Shown piece by piece: positions 10,147-19,902 of a DNA stretch of 64,000 nt; position 1 is the first letter of the stretch; each line of letters begins with the position of its first letter. Under the pieces are notes generated by a model, which worked only from the letters and a program-made list of their open reading frames with translations, had not been told where the DNA came from and did not search any database. A program made the position numbers and the translations under genes. Source of the stretch: a virus; IMG/VR virus record IMGVR_UViG_3300006108_000015, positions 5,693 through 69,692 of that record; one strand, 5' to 3'.

Positions 10147-10294
10147 GATGTTCGTGGTTGTGGAACTCAAATAATGTTTTCACTTTTTCTTCTAAAACTG
10201 AAACTCTATTATCGAGTTTTGCTAATACGATTACTAAAGATACAAATCCAACTGCTATAGGCCATAATTTAGATATTAGGTCTATTGTATCCAT
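10139..10294 (-). CDS. small single-pass membrane protein (51 aa)
   Basis: Not in ORF track. MDTIDLISKLWPIAVGFVSLVIVLAKLDNRVSVLEEKV; AAGGA RBS. Confidence 0.6.
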   Translation of the reverse strand: MDTIDLISKLWPIAVGFVSLVIVLAKLDNRVSVLEEKVKTLFEFHNHEHHD

Positions 10295-10323
10295 TTTGTT
10301 TTATTTTCCTTTTTTAGTGTGAA

Positions 10324-10947
10324 TTACATGTTTCCATAAAATAGAATGTTATATGCTTCATCATAGCGATTCATTCTATCCTGTAATCCCAATTCACCAC
10401 CATTTATAACTCTTGTAATTTGTTTAATGTCTTGACTATCTGCTAATGTATTTAGATTTTTATTTTCCCAGAAGAAACAAGCAGACTGTACTGCACCCTC
10501 ATAAGTTCCCAAGTATGCAGGAACATCATCAATACTCATTGACAATGAATCTGCAAAATCTTGGTAATTACTTCTACCAGTCAATTGTATCAAACCACGC
10601 CCACAGAATTTCCATCCATCTCCACTTACCTCATCACCATTACCCATTCTATTTGCATATGCTCGATTAGCAATCATTTCTTGATTATGAGCATATTGAT
10701 TTGCAATTTCCATGGTTGGAAAATGACTTGGCCAAGTTCTCATCAAACTTTCTGCTTTATAGTTTAGATTTTCTTGAACTGCTGTGAAGTCGGCAGATTC
10801 GTGGGCACACTGTGATATGAATGCTGCTATTCTTGGTGGAGTATCTATCTGATAGTCTGGTAAAACTTTAATTAATGCGTTATACCAATTCACATAGTCT
10901 GGATTATTATGTAATAGATTTCTTAGTTGATCTACTGTTAGATTCAT
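10324..10947 (-). CDS. endolysin, glycoside hydrolase family 19
   Basis: AAFISQCAHES, ENLNY, GRGLIQLTGRSNY, ITRVINGG. Confidence 0.9.
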   Translation of the reverse strand: MNLTVDQLRNLLHNNPDYVNWYNALIKVLPDYQIDTPPRIAAFISQCAHESADFTAVQENLNYKAESLMRTWPSHFPTMEIANQYAHNQEMIANRAYANRMGNGDEVSGDGWKFCGRGLIQLTGRSNYQDFADSLSMSIDDVPAYLGTYEGAVQSACFFWENKNLNTLADSQDIKQITRVINGGELGLQDRMNRYDEAYNILFYGNM

Positions 10948-10948
10948 T

Positions 10949-11155
10949 TCAAATAGCACCTGCCAATTGCACTACACTCATCAAAACAGAGTAATAGTTT
11001 TCATTTGTGTTTAGTTGATCACTTTGTTGACTTATTTCTTGCATAATATTTAAATCATCAACCAATTCTTTAAATTCTTGTGCAGATATTGCTTGCAACA
11101 TATATTGATTTTTATATTCCTGCGCTCTTGCGGTTAGTTCTTGAATTAATATCAT
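10949..11155 (-). CDS. hypothetical protein
   Basis: ATGA overlap with upstream lipoprotein gene. Confidence 0.55.
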   Translation of the reverse strand: MILIQELTARAQEYKNQYMLQAISAQEFKELVDDLNIMQEISQQSDQLNTNENYYSVLMSVVQLAGAI

Positions 11156-11505
11156 TTTGGTTTTCTCCCGATAACCTTTTGAATTTCCTCTGCGGAAATG
11201 GCAATAATATTTAGTTTTTCTTTGCAATAGAAATCACTAGGATTATCTTTTCTATGTAATTGATCTATAAGTATATTTAATTTTGTTACTAAATCAAAAG
11301 ATTCTTGATTTCTAGGAAGATATTGACTAAAGTTTTTAAGTTCTACAGACAATTCATATAATTCATTAATAGATATCTTGTTACAATCATGAAGTTGTGC
11401 ATATGTTTTTATTTTATTAATAAGTCCATATTCATTACTATCATAGTTAGCAACAAGTATAGAACAACTTGTGATTAAAAAACAAAATGGTATCAGATAT
11501 TTCAT
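11152..11505 (-). CDS. lipoprotein, candidate o-spanin
   Basis: MKYLIPFCFLITSC lipobox-like signal; follows Rz-like gene. Confidence 0.55.
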   Translation of the reverse strand: MKYLIPFCFLITSCSILVANYDSNEYGLINKIKTYAQLHDCNKISINELYELSVELKNFSQYLPRNQESFDLVTKLNILIDQLHRKDNPSDFYCKEKLNIIAISAEEIQKVIGRKPK

Positions 11506-12065
11506 GGATTCAATTCTTGCTGTTCTCTTATCCACTCCTGTAATGCTTTCAATTGTTCGGCAACTCTATGATATAATTCATAGTTTTCTACTATTGTTTT
11601 TTCTGCGGCAGAGAGTTCAATTCTGGAGGCGGTTCCATCAGTTCTTTCGGTGGTTGAGGAAAGGGAATCTTTAGCGGCGTTGTTGAACACGCTGACAAAA
11701 GACTCAGGCAAAGTACACATGTGATCGTCTTTAGTTGTGATAGATTCAGCAATTTTAGCATAGTCATGATTTAATTTCTTCCTTTTACTTTTATATTTCT
11801 TAATAATATATTTTGTTACAACAACTTGCTGGACTTTTGCTTCTTGAACTTCTTGTTTCGCATTTATCAAAATATCTTGACGACCTTCAATATAAAAACC
11901 TAAACCGAATATAGCAACCGCTAATAATCTAACTGGAAGTCTATAGAAAAAAGGTATCAATATTTCAAAAAACATTTCAAAAATAAAAAGGGCAGAACCT
12001 GTTGCAATTATAGCCCAAGGAACCCAAGTAGGTATTAAACCAAAAAACCAATTTAATGAGAACAT
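11502..12065 (-). CDS. Rz-like spanin (inner membrane)
   Basis: N-terminal TM helices, coiled coil, CTLPESFVSVFN and QLKALQEW segments. Confidence 0.6.
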   Translation of the reverse strand: MFSLNWFFGLIPTWVPWAIIATGSALFIFEMFFEILIPFFYRLPVRLLAVAIFGLGFYIEGRQDILINAKQEVQEAKVQQVVVTKYIIKKYKSKRKKLNHDYAKIAESITTKDDHMCTLPESFVSVFNNAAKDSLSSTTERTDGTASRIELSAAEKTIVENYELYHRVAEQLKALQEWIREQQELNP

Positions 12066-12067
12066 TA

Positions 12068-12280
12068 TTATTCCATTATTATAAATTCAGTATAATTACT
12101 AGGCTCTACTTTAATCCATTCAGATCCATCAAAAGTAACTTTTACATTATTAAATTCTTCAGATATCCACTTAGCCAAACTGTAAGTGTCCATTCCATGT
12201 ACTTTTATACAACATCTATTTGATGTATCTGAATCTAATCCAAAACTGTTAAAAATATGACTTTTTACTGTTTCAATCAT
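12068..12280 (-). CDS. hypothetical protein
   Basis: ORF overlapping the upstream stop codon. Confidence 0.5.
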   Translation of the reverse strand: MIETVKSHIFNSFGLDSDTSNRCCIKVHGMDTYSLAKWISEEFNNVKVTFDGSEWIKVEPSNYTEFIIME

Positions 12281-12468
12281 TTTGGTAATCTTCGATGTGT
12301 CATTGGCATAATAATTGGTTTACGTTTTCTTCTTTTTCGCATATCAACAGCAGTAGCACTAATTGGATCAGTACCACTTTGTGGACCAGTTACATTTGTA
12401 GGACCATGTGATCCTCCACCAACTGCACCAGCACCCATCTCTTGTATATATTCTTTAAACGATTTCAT
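12277..12468 (-). CDS. putative internal head protein
   Basis: MKSFKEYIQE resembles the T4 capsid-targeting sequence MKTYQEFIAE. Confidence 0.55.
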   Translation of the reverse strand: MKSFKEYIQEMGAGAVGGGSHGPTNVTGPQSGTDPISATAVDMRKRRKRKPIIMPMTHRRLPK

Positions 12469-12983
12469 CTACAGTTCCACTTACGCAATGCTAATGCTTT
12501 GCGTGTTGGTTTACCATTCTTTCTCATTGGTCCTTTCATACCAGACATTCTAGCACAAAATGATTTTCTACGGTTTGCTGCTTTACTTCCTTTCTTTAAT
12601 TTAGATGGTGGAGTAGTCACAGCCATCTTTAACTTAGAACCTGGATTCTCTCTACGATAAGAAGCAACACCTTTACGATTTAGACCACCTTTTGGATCTT
12701 TACCTTCTTTTCTACGCCATGCAGCAGTTTCAAACAACTCTTCGTCTGATACTTCTTCAAAATCTTCCCAAATGATTTCAGAATCCATATTGTTGGCTTC
12801 TGCAATATCTTCAATTACTTCTTCTAATATATCAAATAGTTCTTCCGCATCATATTCTTCGTAGAATTCAACTTCTTCTTTTTTACAAGAACCTTTTGAA
12901 TATGGTTTCTTACCGGGAACAGGTTTATATCCAGTCCAGCATCTACCTTCATCCAACTCTAAAAATTGTTTAAATGTTATCAT
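12465..12983 (-). CDS. putative internal head protein with DUF6321-like C-terminal module
   Basis: MITFKQFLE start; CWTGYK; GGLNRKG...RRKSFCARM...RKWNC. Confidence 0.6.
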   Translation of the reverse strand: MITFKQFLELDEGRCWTGYKPVPGKKPYSKGSCKKEEVEFYEEYDAEELFDILEEVIEDIAEANNMDSEIIWEDFEEVSDEELFETAAWRRKEGKDPKGGLNRKGVASYRRENPGSKLKMAVTTPPSKLKKGSKAANRRKSFCARMSGMKGPMRKNGKPTRKALALRKWNCR

Positions 12984-13366
12984 ATTTTCCTTAGTATATC
13001 TGCTACATCCATCTGAATAGGAATCATAGAGGAGTCTATATCTTTACCTTCAATCCCAACAACTTTTTCTGGCATCAAATTTAAATATAACAAAAATGTC
13101 TTAAGTATATCATAATCTCTGTGGTCTACTTTATAGAACAACATTCTAGTGGTTGCTTCTGGACCAAATACATTATTCAAAAGAATAATATGATTTAATA
13201 TCAATCTTTCTTTGACAGATTTAGTAATCTTATATCTTCGAAAGAGTCTCTTCAAATATTTTATTCTTTTTATATCACTTTCAAATTCTGACATTATACA
13301 ATTAGGTGAATCATAAGCCTTCATTGCATATAATGTAAAATTCTCATCATTCAAGTCATCAAACAT
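12980..13366 (-). CDS. conserved T4-like phage hypothetical protein
   Basis: YAMKAYDSP.C, RLILNHIILLNNVFG. Confidence 0.7.
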   Translation of the reverse strand: MFDDLNDENFTLYAMKAYDSPNCIMSEFESDIKRIKYLKRLFRRYKITKSVKERLILNHIILLNNVFGPEATTRMLFYKVDHRDYDILKTFLLYLNLMPEKVVGIEGKDIDSSMIPIQMDVADILRKI

Positions 13367-13400
13367 ATTTTATTATTTTTATTATAATTATTAACATAAT

Positions 13401-13419
13401 CGGGGTGGAAACCACCCCG
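13401..13419 (-). terminator. GC hairpin downstream of virion gene (terminator or stability element)
   Basis: CGGGGTGG-TTT-CCACCCCG; weak U tract. Confidence 0.45.
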
Positions 13420-13434
13420 TATTCACACATTCAC

Positions 13435-14100
13435 TTAACTATGAACTGTCAATACGCCAGCACTTGAATTAGCAGATACGCCAGTTCCTGTTACTGATAC
13501 CATAACCTTGTATTGATTTCCGGTATCACCTGTTGCCAAATGACCAGCGGAAATATTTAGAGTATTTGAAGTTACACCAGACCAAACACTACCGTTAGTT
13601 AAGTTAGTCCATGTTGAACCGCTATTGGTACTATACATCCACTGATATGTTAGAGGACCAGTAATTGGTGATGCAGAAGCACTAACAGAGAATAATGGTG
13701 TCTGTGCAGATCCTGCTAGAACATTAGGAGTATCTGGTTGAGTTACAAATGTGATTGCAGTATTTGGATATACTTGATCATCGCCATCAGTATTCATATG
13801 TGATAGTGCAACCAATACTTCTTCTTGAACACGACCAGCACGACCACCAGTTCCAACTGTTCTTAGTGTCCAACCTACCGCAGTGTGTTTACCGGTAACT
13901 GCTTCATTTTCATCTACACCGAACAAACCAATAGTTGCACCGGTTGTATATGCACTAGTTGTAGTATTACCATAAAGTAGTGCTACGTTTGCGGCAGTAG
14001 GTCTTGTTCCTACAGGTTGAGCATCTACTGTTGTTAGTGTTGAATTAACAGCCCAATATGGAGCATTGGCTGCGTTATCGTAATTTCCCCATGAGGACAT
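13435..14100 (-). CDS. virion structural protein with C-terminal Ig-like domain
   Basis: GGRAGRVQEEVLVA; LTYQW...YKVMVS Ig pattern; T/S/G-rich. Confidence 0.65.
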   Translation of the reverse strand: MSSWGNYDNAANAPYWAVNSTLTTVDAQPVGTRPTAANVALLYGNTTTSAYTTGATIGLFGVDENEAVTGKHTAVGWTLRTVGTGGRAGRVQEEVLVALSHMNTDGDDQVYPNTAITFVTQPDTPNVLAGSAQTPLFSVSASASPITGPLTYQWMYSTNSGSTWTNLTNGSVWSGVTSNTLNISAGHLATGDTGNQYKVMVSVTGTGVSANSSAGVLTVHS

Positions 14101-14112
14101 TATAGTCTCCTT

Positions 14113-14232
14113 TTATTGTTTTTTGGCAAAAAAGGATTGAACCTTTTCTTGCATCATTTTTGCCCAAAATGGCTGAGGGAAATTCCATCCCACAAACGCC
14201 CCGATTGTTACCCAAAGTAAAATGTCTAACAT
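14113..14232 (-). CDS. small membrane protein (39 aa)
   Basis: Not in ORF track. MLDILLWVTIGAFVGWNFPQPFWAK; AGGAG RBS; late promoter upstream. Confidence 0.6.
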   Translation of the reverse strand: MLDILLWVTIGAFVGWNFPQPFWAKMMQEKVQSFFAKKQ

Positions 14233-14257
14233 TTTAATACTCCTTTATGTTGTTTAC

Positions 14258-14265
14258 TATTTATA
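14258..14265 (-). promoter_or_regulatory. T4-type late promoter
   Basis: TATAAATA. Confidence 0.65.
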
Positions 14266-15294
14266 TTATTTCTTTTGTTTATCTTCTTGTTTTTTCTTAT
14301 CTTCTTTCTTCGTAGGATCTGGTTGTCCTGGTCGCATTCTCATCAATGGATCAATCTCAATAGTATCTCTTTTCTGCTTCGTCAAAGTTGTTCCACCAGA
14401 CATTACTGCTGATGCCTTTGGTTTATTCTCACCTGAGTTTTCTTTTTCATCTGCTTTATCAAACTTTGGTTTCTTACCATATGTTTGAACAGATTTATCT
14501 TCTTTCTCGTGATCATATAAATCTTCTTTCAACTTTCTTTTTTTCATGATATGGACAAGTTTATTTGCTTTAGACTTGTTTTCTGTTTCCATACCAACTG
14601 TTGGTGATGCAGCATATGAATCAGCAAACTTATCTTCTTTTCTTAAACCGTGCATAGAACCTGGTGGTGTTTTAATTTCACGATGTTTGGCAGCACGAGT
14701 AACTAACTTGTTCAATTTCTTTCTAGTTTCATGTGTATGTGGTGTCATACCAAACTTGGAATCTTCATCAACACTTTTTGTGACTTTAACATGATCTTTA
14801 TGTGGGTAAACATTTTTGCCACCACCATGTGGTTTCACTTCATATACATCTCCGTGAAAACCAACTATAGTACCTTTAGTTCCAGCATGTTCACCAGAAT
14901 GAATGTGTACTTGATCACCTGCAACATCTTCTTCTAGTTTATTTTTTCTAGATGCAACATATGATCTAAAATTATCATCAGTTTTAGCAGAAACTTCTTC
15001 TTGAACTTTCGCTCTACTTATTCTATCTGCTTTCCATTTCTCAAAAGCACGATCTTTAGAATATCCAATCTTTTGATTCAATGGAATAACATCAGGATCA
15101 AAACCCAAAGATGAGATATATTTGTCTAACAAACTCTCTCTACCTTCAGCAATATCAGCCTTTTGTGACCATGGATCCCAAGGATTTCTATTTGTTCCAA
15201 AAGTAGCATTCTTTGGATCTATTTCATTTCTAAGTTCTTTAAAGTTTTTCATTTTCTTTTTGGGAATATATGAGTTTGCCAATTTACCTAACAT
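14266..15294 (-). CDS. putative internal head protein (K/E-rich, KOW-like segment)
   Basis: Alternative start 15252 gives MKNFKELRNE; many L/V/I-x-E sites. Confidence 0.55.
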   Translation of the reverse strand: MLGKLANSYIPKKKMKNFKELRNEIDPKNATFGTNRNPWDPWSQKADIAEGRESLLDKYISSLGFDPDVIPLNQKIGYSKDRAFEKWKADRISRAKVQEEVSAKTDDNFRSYVASRKNKLEEDVAGDQVHIHSGEHAGTKGTIVGFHGDVYEVKPHGGGKNVYPHKDHVKVTKSVDEDSKFGMTPHTHETRKKLNKLVTRAAKHREIKTPPGSMHGLRKEDKFADSYAASPTVGMETENKSKANKLVHIMKKRKLKEDLYDHEKEDKSVQTYGKKPKFDKADEKENSGENKPKASAVMSGGTTLTKQKRDTIEIDPLMRMRPGQPDPTKKEDKKKQEDKQKK

Positions 15295-15297
15295 AAT

Positions 15298-16773
15298 TTA
15301 TTTCTTTTTAGTTCTTTGTAATGCTAATTGGGCTAAATGTTTTGCACGAGACATAGGTGTATGTGTTGCACCAGATTTATCGGTTTGTGTTCCTTTTTTA
15401 GTAACCCATCCAGTATCACCCATAATATCTTCGGCTGACAATTTCACTTTGTAACTCTTGTGTTCATTATCATATGATGGGGATACTTTAACACGACCAC
15501 GAAGCATATCTACAGTCTTATCTTTAGAATCAATAGTTTCATCTAACATTTCTTCATCAGTTTCAACTTCTTCACCATAACCTGATTTATATGTACGACC
15601 CAAATCAGTATGCTTCATAATCTTTCTTGGCTTTCTTGTTTTCTTTGGTTCAGTTTGAATTTTGCCACCAGACTTCATGAAATCTAATGTTTGCTGTGCA
15701 GCATCAGTTGCTTCTTTTTCTTTATCATCACGAACACTCATTCCACGCTTTTCGTCCAGTTCTGCAACTTCTTCACGATGATGTTTTGGTTTCACTCCAA
15801 TACTACCGTCATCTGGTTCAGAATTTATAAATCTTTTTGCTTTAGGTGGAACTGGTTTTGTTGATTTTGATGTAACATGTCTTATGATAGCAGGAACATT
15901 TGGTACATGATGTGGATGATGTGCTACATCCTCACCTATTTCATCATATTCTTCTTTATGATGCATGGTTTTTTCATGACCTTTCACTTCTTTTTTAGCA
16001 ATCTTCTTTGCTTCTGGTGGTGTAACGCAATCACCATCTTCGTTCATTGCCATCTTAGTAGCAGTTGCATACATCACATCTTTCCAACGAGCACCATACT
16101 TCTTCTTGAAGTCTGCTTGTTTATCTTTCATAGACATCACAATCTTCTCACGGCGTTTCATTTGTGCATCTGACATTTCACCGATGTTGTTGTCTGTAAA
16201 CAACTCTTCAGTTCCGGTTGCTTTGTTTTCTTTCAATGATTCAATGAGTTTATCTTTGAATGTGTATTCAGTTTCTTCATTTGTACTGTGAACAGTTGCA
16301 CCTTTGATCTTTTTAGCAACATTATCAGCATGACTTTTAGTTGCAAAAGTTTTCCACTTTTTGCCATTTATATGGACATCGTGACTGCCACCTGATTTAT
16401 TTGCGGGATGATCGGGATTCTCACCGGAGTCGGCAGCAGTTCTCGCAGCTAGTTGACTATCTTTATATTCTTTCTGTCTACGTATTGCTGTCATAGCGGC
16501 AGATTGGCTCCACATACTGGGACGCATTCTCATGACTCGTGCTTCATCCACACTGTTATGGTTTTCTTTTTGTTCTTCATCAATCTCAATTGCTTCTTTT
16601 TGAGATTTTGCTGTTGTTTTATATTTCTTACCTTGAAACATAAAATGTGGCAAACCTTCTTTTGCAGCAGCATGTGCAGCAGCATGGAAACCAGTTTCAT
16701 CTAGTTCTGCTTCATCCATTACTTTTTTAACTGCTTCAGCAATGGCATCCATTTGTAATTTATTATTAAACAT
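15298..16773 (-). CDS. large K/E-rich putative head core/internal protein
   Basis: Low-complexity modules separated by LDE/IDE/VDE-type sites. Confidence 0.55.
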   Translation of the reverse strand: MFNNKLQMDAIAEAVKKVMDEAELDETGFHAAAHAAAKEGLPHFMFQGKKYKTTAKSQKEAIEIDEEQKENHNSVDEARVMRMRPSMWSQSAAMTAIRRQKEYKDSQLAARTAADSGENPDHPANKSGGSHDVHINGKKWKTFATKSHADNVAKKIKGATVHSTNEETEYTFKDKLIESLKENKATGTEELFTDNNIGEMSDAQMKRREKIVMSMKDKQADFKKKYGARWKDVMYATATKMAMNEDGDCVTPPEAKKIAKKEVKGHEKTMHHKEEYDEIGEDVAHHPHHVPNVPAIIRHVTSKSTKPVPPKAKRFINSEPDDGSIGVKPKHHREEVAELDEKRGMSVRDDKEKEATDAAQQTLDFMKSGGKIQTEPKKTRKPRKIMKHTDLGRTYKSGYGEEVETDEEMLDETIDSKDKTVDMLRGRVKVSPSYDNEHKSYKVKLSAEDIMGDTGWVTKKGTQTDKSGATHTPMSRAKHLAQLALQRTKKK

Positions 16774-16774
16774 A

Positions 16775-18607
16775 TTATTTCCTTTTTTTCTTTTTATTTG
16801 ATATTTCTATACCGATATTTCTACTTTGATCTTTGTATGATTGCATAGGTTCTTTATTACTAGCACCACCTAATACACCACCAACTCCCATTCCTTCATC
16901 ATCATTTTGAAAACCATTATATTCTTTTAACTTCTTCTTATATCTTTTCAAAAACGGATTATGATCATTTGCTAAAGGATTAGGTTGCGGTCCTTTTGTC
17001 ATGCCAGCAAAATTAATCACATCATCATTATTATAATCTCTATCTTCAGCATATGTCTGATTACCTAAACCAGCACCTGCGGCAGCACCTTGACCACCTG
17101 CACGAGTATCATATTCTTGCCCAACTCCTGCGGGTTTACCAACACGAGCAGCACTTAAAGATGTATCACCACGTTTTCTAACTTTTTTCTTATCATTATC
17201 CATTTGAAAGTTTGGTTCTTTAGGTGGTGGATTAAACTTTACAGTTGGAGCACTTTCTGCATATGCTCCCGCACCACCTCCAAATGTATATGTTACACCA
17301 TTTGGATTCTTTCTTGGATTTGTATTACCTTTAATTTGATCACCATTTAGTCCAACAGTTTTTCTTGCATCCGGTAAACAGTCATCTGGACCTGGTGTAT
17401 CAAATCTTTTCTTTTCAAATATATTATTACTTAACCTTCTTTGTAACCAATCTGAAGATGTTTCGTTTGTTGTTTTGTTGCTTAGAAATTTATTAGTTGA
17501 TTGATATACAACATGAATATCTTCTTCTTTATTATCTAGTGAATCTGAATTTTCAAAAATTAAAAAGTCGTTAAATGATTCATTAAAAATATTCATATTG
17601 TGTTGTGACTGTTCCCATCTATCTCTACGAATAGATTCGGTCATCATTCTAGATAGATGTGAATTTCTTTCTTTACTCACTTCATCTGATGTATGAACAA
17701 ATATCATCATTGTTTCATAACCCAGTTCTTCTAGTTCTTCTTTGATATAAGAAATCTTTTCTAGATCATCTGCCGGACCATTGATGATAAGTGGACCACG
17801 ATTACGAATAGATTCTCTTCTGTAATCATTTGATTTTTCAGACAATTTCTGTTTATCACCAAGATACTGAATTGCTTGAGTATAATTTAACTCAACAGAT
17901 CGTTGTTCAGGTATGGATTCTCTAATAAGAATATCTTTACCTGATCCTGGGCCACCCGTAACGAAAATAGCCTTGAACATTCCATGATTAACATCTTCAT
18001 GTAATCCCATACCATGTCGTGTATCATTCATCAATTCTCTTGCGTGTTGATCTGAAACGTGACTTGGAACACCTTGTCTAAATGATGAAAAGTCATTATT
18101 CTTAGCATGTTCCCTCATCTTAGTAGCAGACATACCTTCTGCACCTTCAGAGTCTGGATCACGATGTCCAGCAGAAACCACACTAATCTTTTTGAAATTA
18201 AATAATGCACCCCTGTGTGTTCCATTATACTTATGTAAAGCATCATGAACTTCTTTTACACGATCTGATCCAGCAACATAAATTAAATGATCATGACCTA
18301 TTTTATGTAACGATGCTGCATGAGTCAAAAAATTAGGACTATGTTTTGATGATGATCTAATATTAGCTTTAGGTTCATATCGTTTAAGATGCTTAACTTT
18401 TTGTTCATCAGATAGTGGATTTTTTTTACTATCTTGTGTATGTGAAACAATAATGTGATGTGGTGCATTAAATCTTGATGCAGTATCCATAACTTTATGA
18501 ATTAATTTCATATGTCCTGTCGTTGGAGGATTCATGCGACCAAATGCCATTACCACAGGTTTGTGTATTTTTTCATTTTCTTCAAGTAATTTTAAAAAAC
18601 TCTTCAT
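16775..18607 (-). CDS. HIGH-family nucleotidyltransferase fused to P-loop kinase
   Basis: FGRMNPPTTGH, GSDR, SATKMR; then KAIFVTGGPGSGKD. Confidence 0.8.
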   Translation of the reverse strand: MKSFLKLLEENEKIHKPVVMAFGRMNPPTTGHMKLIHKVMDTASRFNAPHHIIVSHTQDSKKNPLSDEQKVKHLKRYEPKANIRSSSKHSPNFLTHAASLHKIGHDHLIYVAGSDRVKEVHDALHKYNGTHRGALFNFKKISVVSAGHRDPDSEGAEGMSATKMREHAKNNDFSSFRQGVPSHVSDQHARELMNDTRHGMGLHEDVNHGMFKAIFVTGGPGSGKDILIRESIPEQRSVELNYTQAIQYLGDKQKLSEKSNDYRRESIRNRGPLIINGPADDLEKISYIKEELEELGYETMMIFVHTSDEVSKERNSHLSRMMTESIRRDRWEQSQHNMNIFNESFNDFLIFENSDSLDNKEEDIHVVYQSTNKFLSNKTTNETSSDWLQRRLSNNIFEKKRFDTPGPDDCLPDARKTVGLNGDQIKGNTNPRKNPNGVTYTFGGGAGAYAESAPTVKFNPPPKEPNFQMDNDKKKVRKRGDTSLSAARVGKPAGVGQEYDTRAGGQGAAAGAGLGNQTYAEDRDYNNDDVINFAGMTKGPQPNPLANDHNPFLKRYKKKLKEYNGFQNDDEGMGVGGVLGGASNKEPMQSYKDQSRNIGIEISNKKKKRK

Positions 18608-18609
18608 TT

Positions 18610-19902
18610 TTATGGTTGACCCAATATTGCTAAATTTGTTAATGGACCATTTCCGTGTTTTACTTGAATACCAAAAGCTTTTCTTTTATTGCCATCTTTA
18701 TCTTCAGTATGAACATTAATTCCCGAGTCTCCACTCTTCTCAAGATGAATCTTTTTTGCATTTTTTATATGATGGTACATATCGTTATCTGAAGGATCAG
18801 TAGTGTGAGCAGAAGCCATCTTCTTACTATCACCTCCACCGGTACCGTGTGTTTTTACATAAGGTAAAGCGTGTTCAGAATTACCTTTTATATAAGTTTT
18901 CATTAGATGTTCTTTTAATTCTTGATGTCCCATCATACTATATCCTTCGTGTAACTTATCACGCACTTGTTTGTTTAGTTTCCTAGCATGTTCTAAACCT
19001 TTATGATACAAAGCACTATTACGGTATAGTTCGCTTTTTTCACCACTCTTGTCTTTTTTCTCACCAGCAATTTCTTTAGCAGCCGCAGATCTATTTTTAC
19101 TAACCATCTTATTAGTTTTCATAAACTTTTCTTGTTCTCTTTGCACATGACCAGTTAAGTCGTGACCAATAAGTTTTCCAATTTCACCAACACCACCATT
19201 ATGAAATCCTATAGCTTTAGATGAAGAAGATTTTAACGACAATCCTAAGTAACCATGTTTTGCTGTTGATGGTTTTTTCTTAAATTTAACAACAGCATCT
19301 GATGGATTTTCTTGCTGAGTGGCTTTGATACCTGTCTTTTCTTCAATTTGTCCAGGTTTAGAGGTGTGATGAACTTCTTCAATTCCTTCATAACCTCTTT
19401 GTTTAGCATGCTCTAAAAAAGACTTTGCTTGCTCAGGTGCTCTATCTTCTTGTGATTTAACTTCTTGAGTTCCATGTTTTTTATCGAAATTGGCCAAAAC
19501 TTTTTTATGATGTTCGGCAAAATCTTGATGTTCTTTATTAATCCATTTTTTACCATTTAGATGGTAAACAACCATAGCTTCATTGTAACTACCACGATTA
19601 ATATTAATTTCTTTACTATCTCTTGCTCTAGCTTTTTCTTGTGGTGTCTGTGAAGATTTTAATTCTGTAATATATTCTTCATGTAATTTTCCAGCATAAA
19701 TTAAATCATGATCATGTTTAAGAATATTAAGTACTTCATCGTCTGTTTTTCCAACGAAAGTATGTGTTACATCACCCTCATCATTATGAACGTGATGAAT
19801 TTGTCCGTCTTTGTGAACTTTATACATACCACGAACTGGATGAAAAAGTGTATGTATTTCTTTACCTTCTGATTCTTTTATAAATTGTATAAATGATTTC
19901 AT
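18610..19902 (-). CDS. His-rich protein with PD-(D/E)xK-like nuclease motif
   Basis: YNEA...NPSDAVV...GLSLKSS; MKSFIQFIKE start. Confidence 0.5.
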   Translation of the reverse strand: MKSFIQFIKESEGKEIHTLFHPVRGMYKVHKDGQIHHVHNDEGDVTHTFVGKTDDEVLNILKHDHDLIYAGKLHEEYITELKSSQTPQEKARARDSKEININRGSYNEAMVVYHLNGKKWINKEHQDFAEHHKKVLANFDKKHGTQEVKSQEDRAPEQAKSFLEHAKQRGYEGIEEVHHTSKPGQIEEKTGIKATQQENPSDAVVKFKKKPSTAKHGYLGLSLKSSSSKAIGFHNGGVGEIGKLIGHDLTGHVQREQEKFMKTNKMVSKNRSAAAKEIAGEKKDKSGEKSELYRNSALYHKGLEHARKLNKQVRDKLHEGYSMMGHQELKEHLMKTYIKGNSEHALPYVKTHGTGGGDSKKMASAHTTDPSDNDMYHHIKNAKKIHLEKSGDSGINVHTEDKDGNKRKAFGIQVKHGNGPLTNLAILGQP

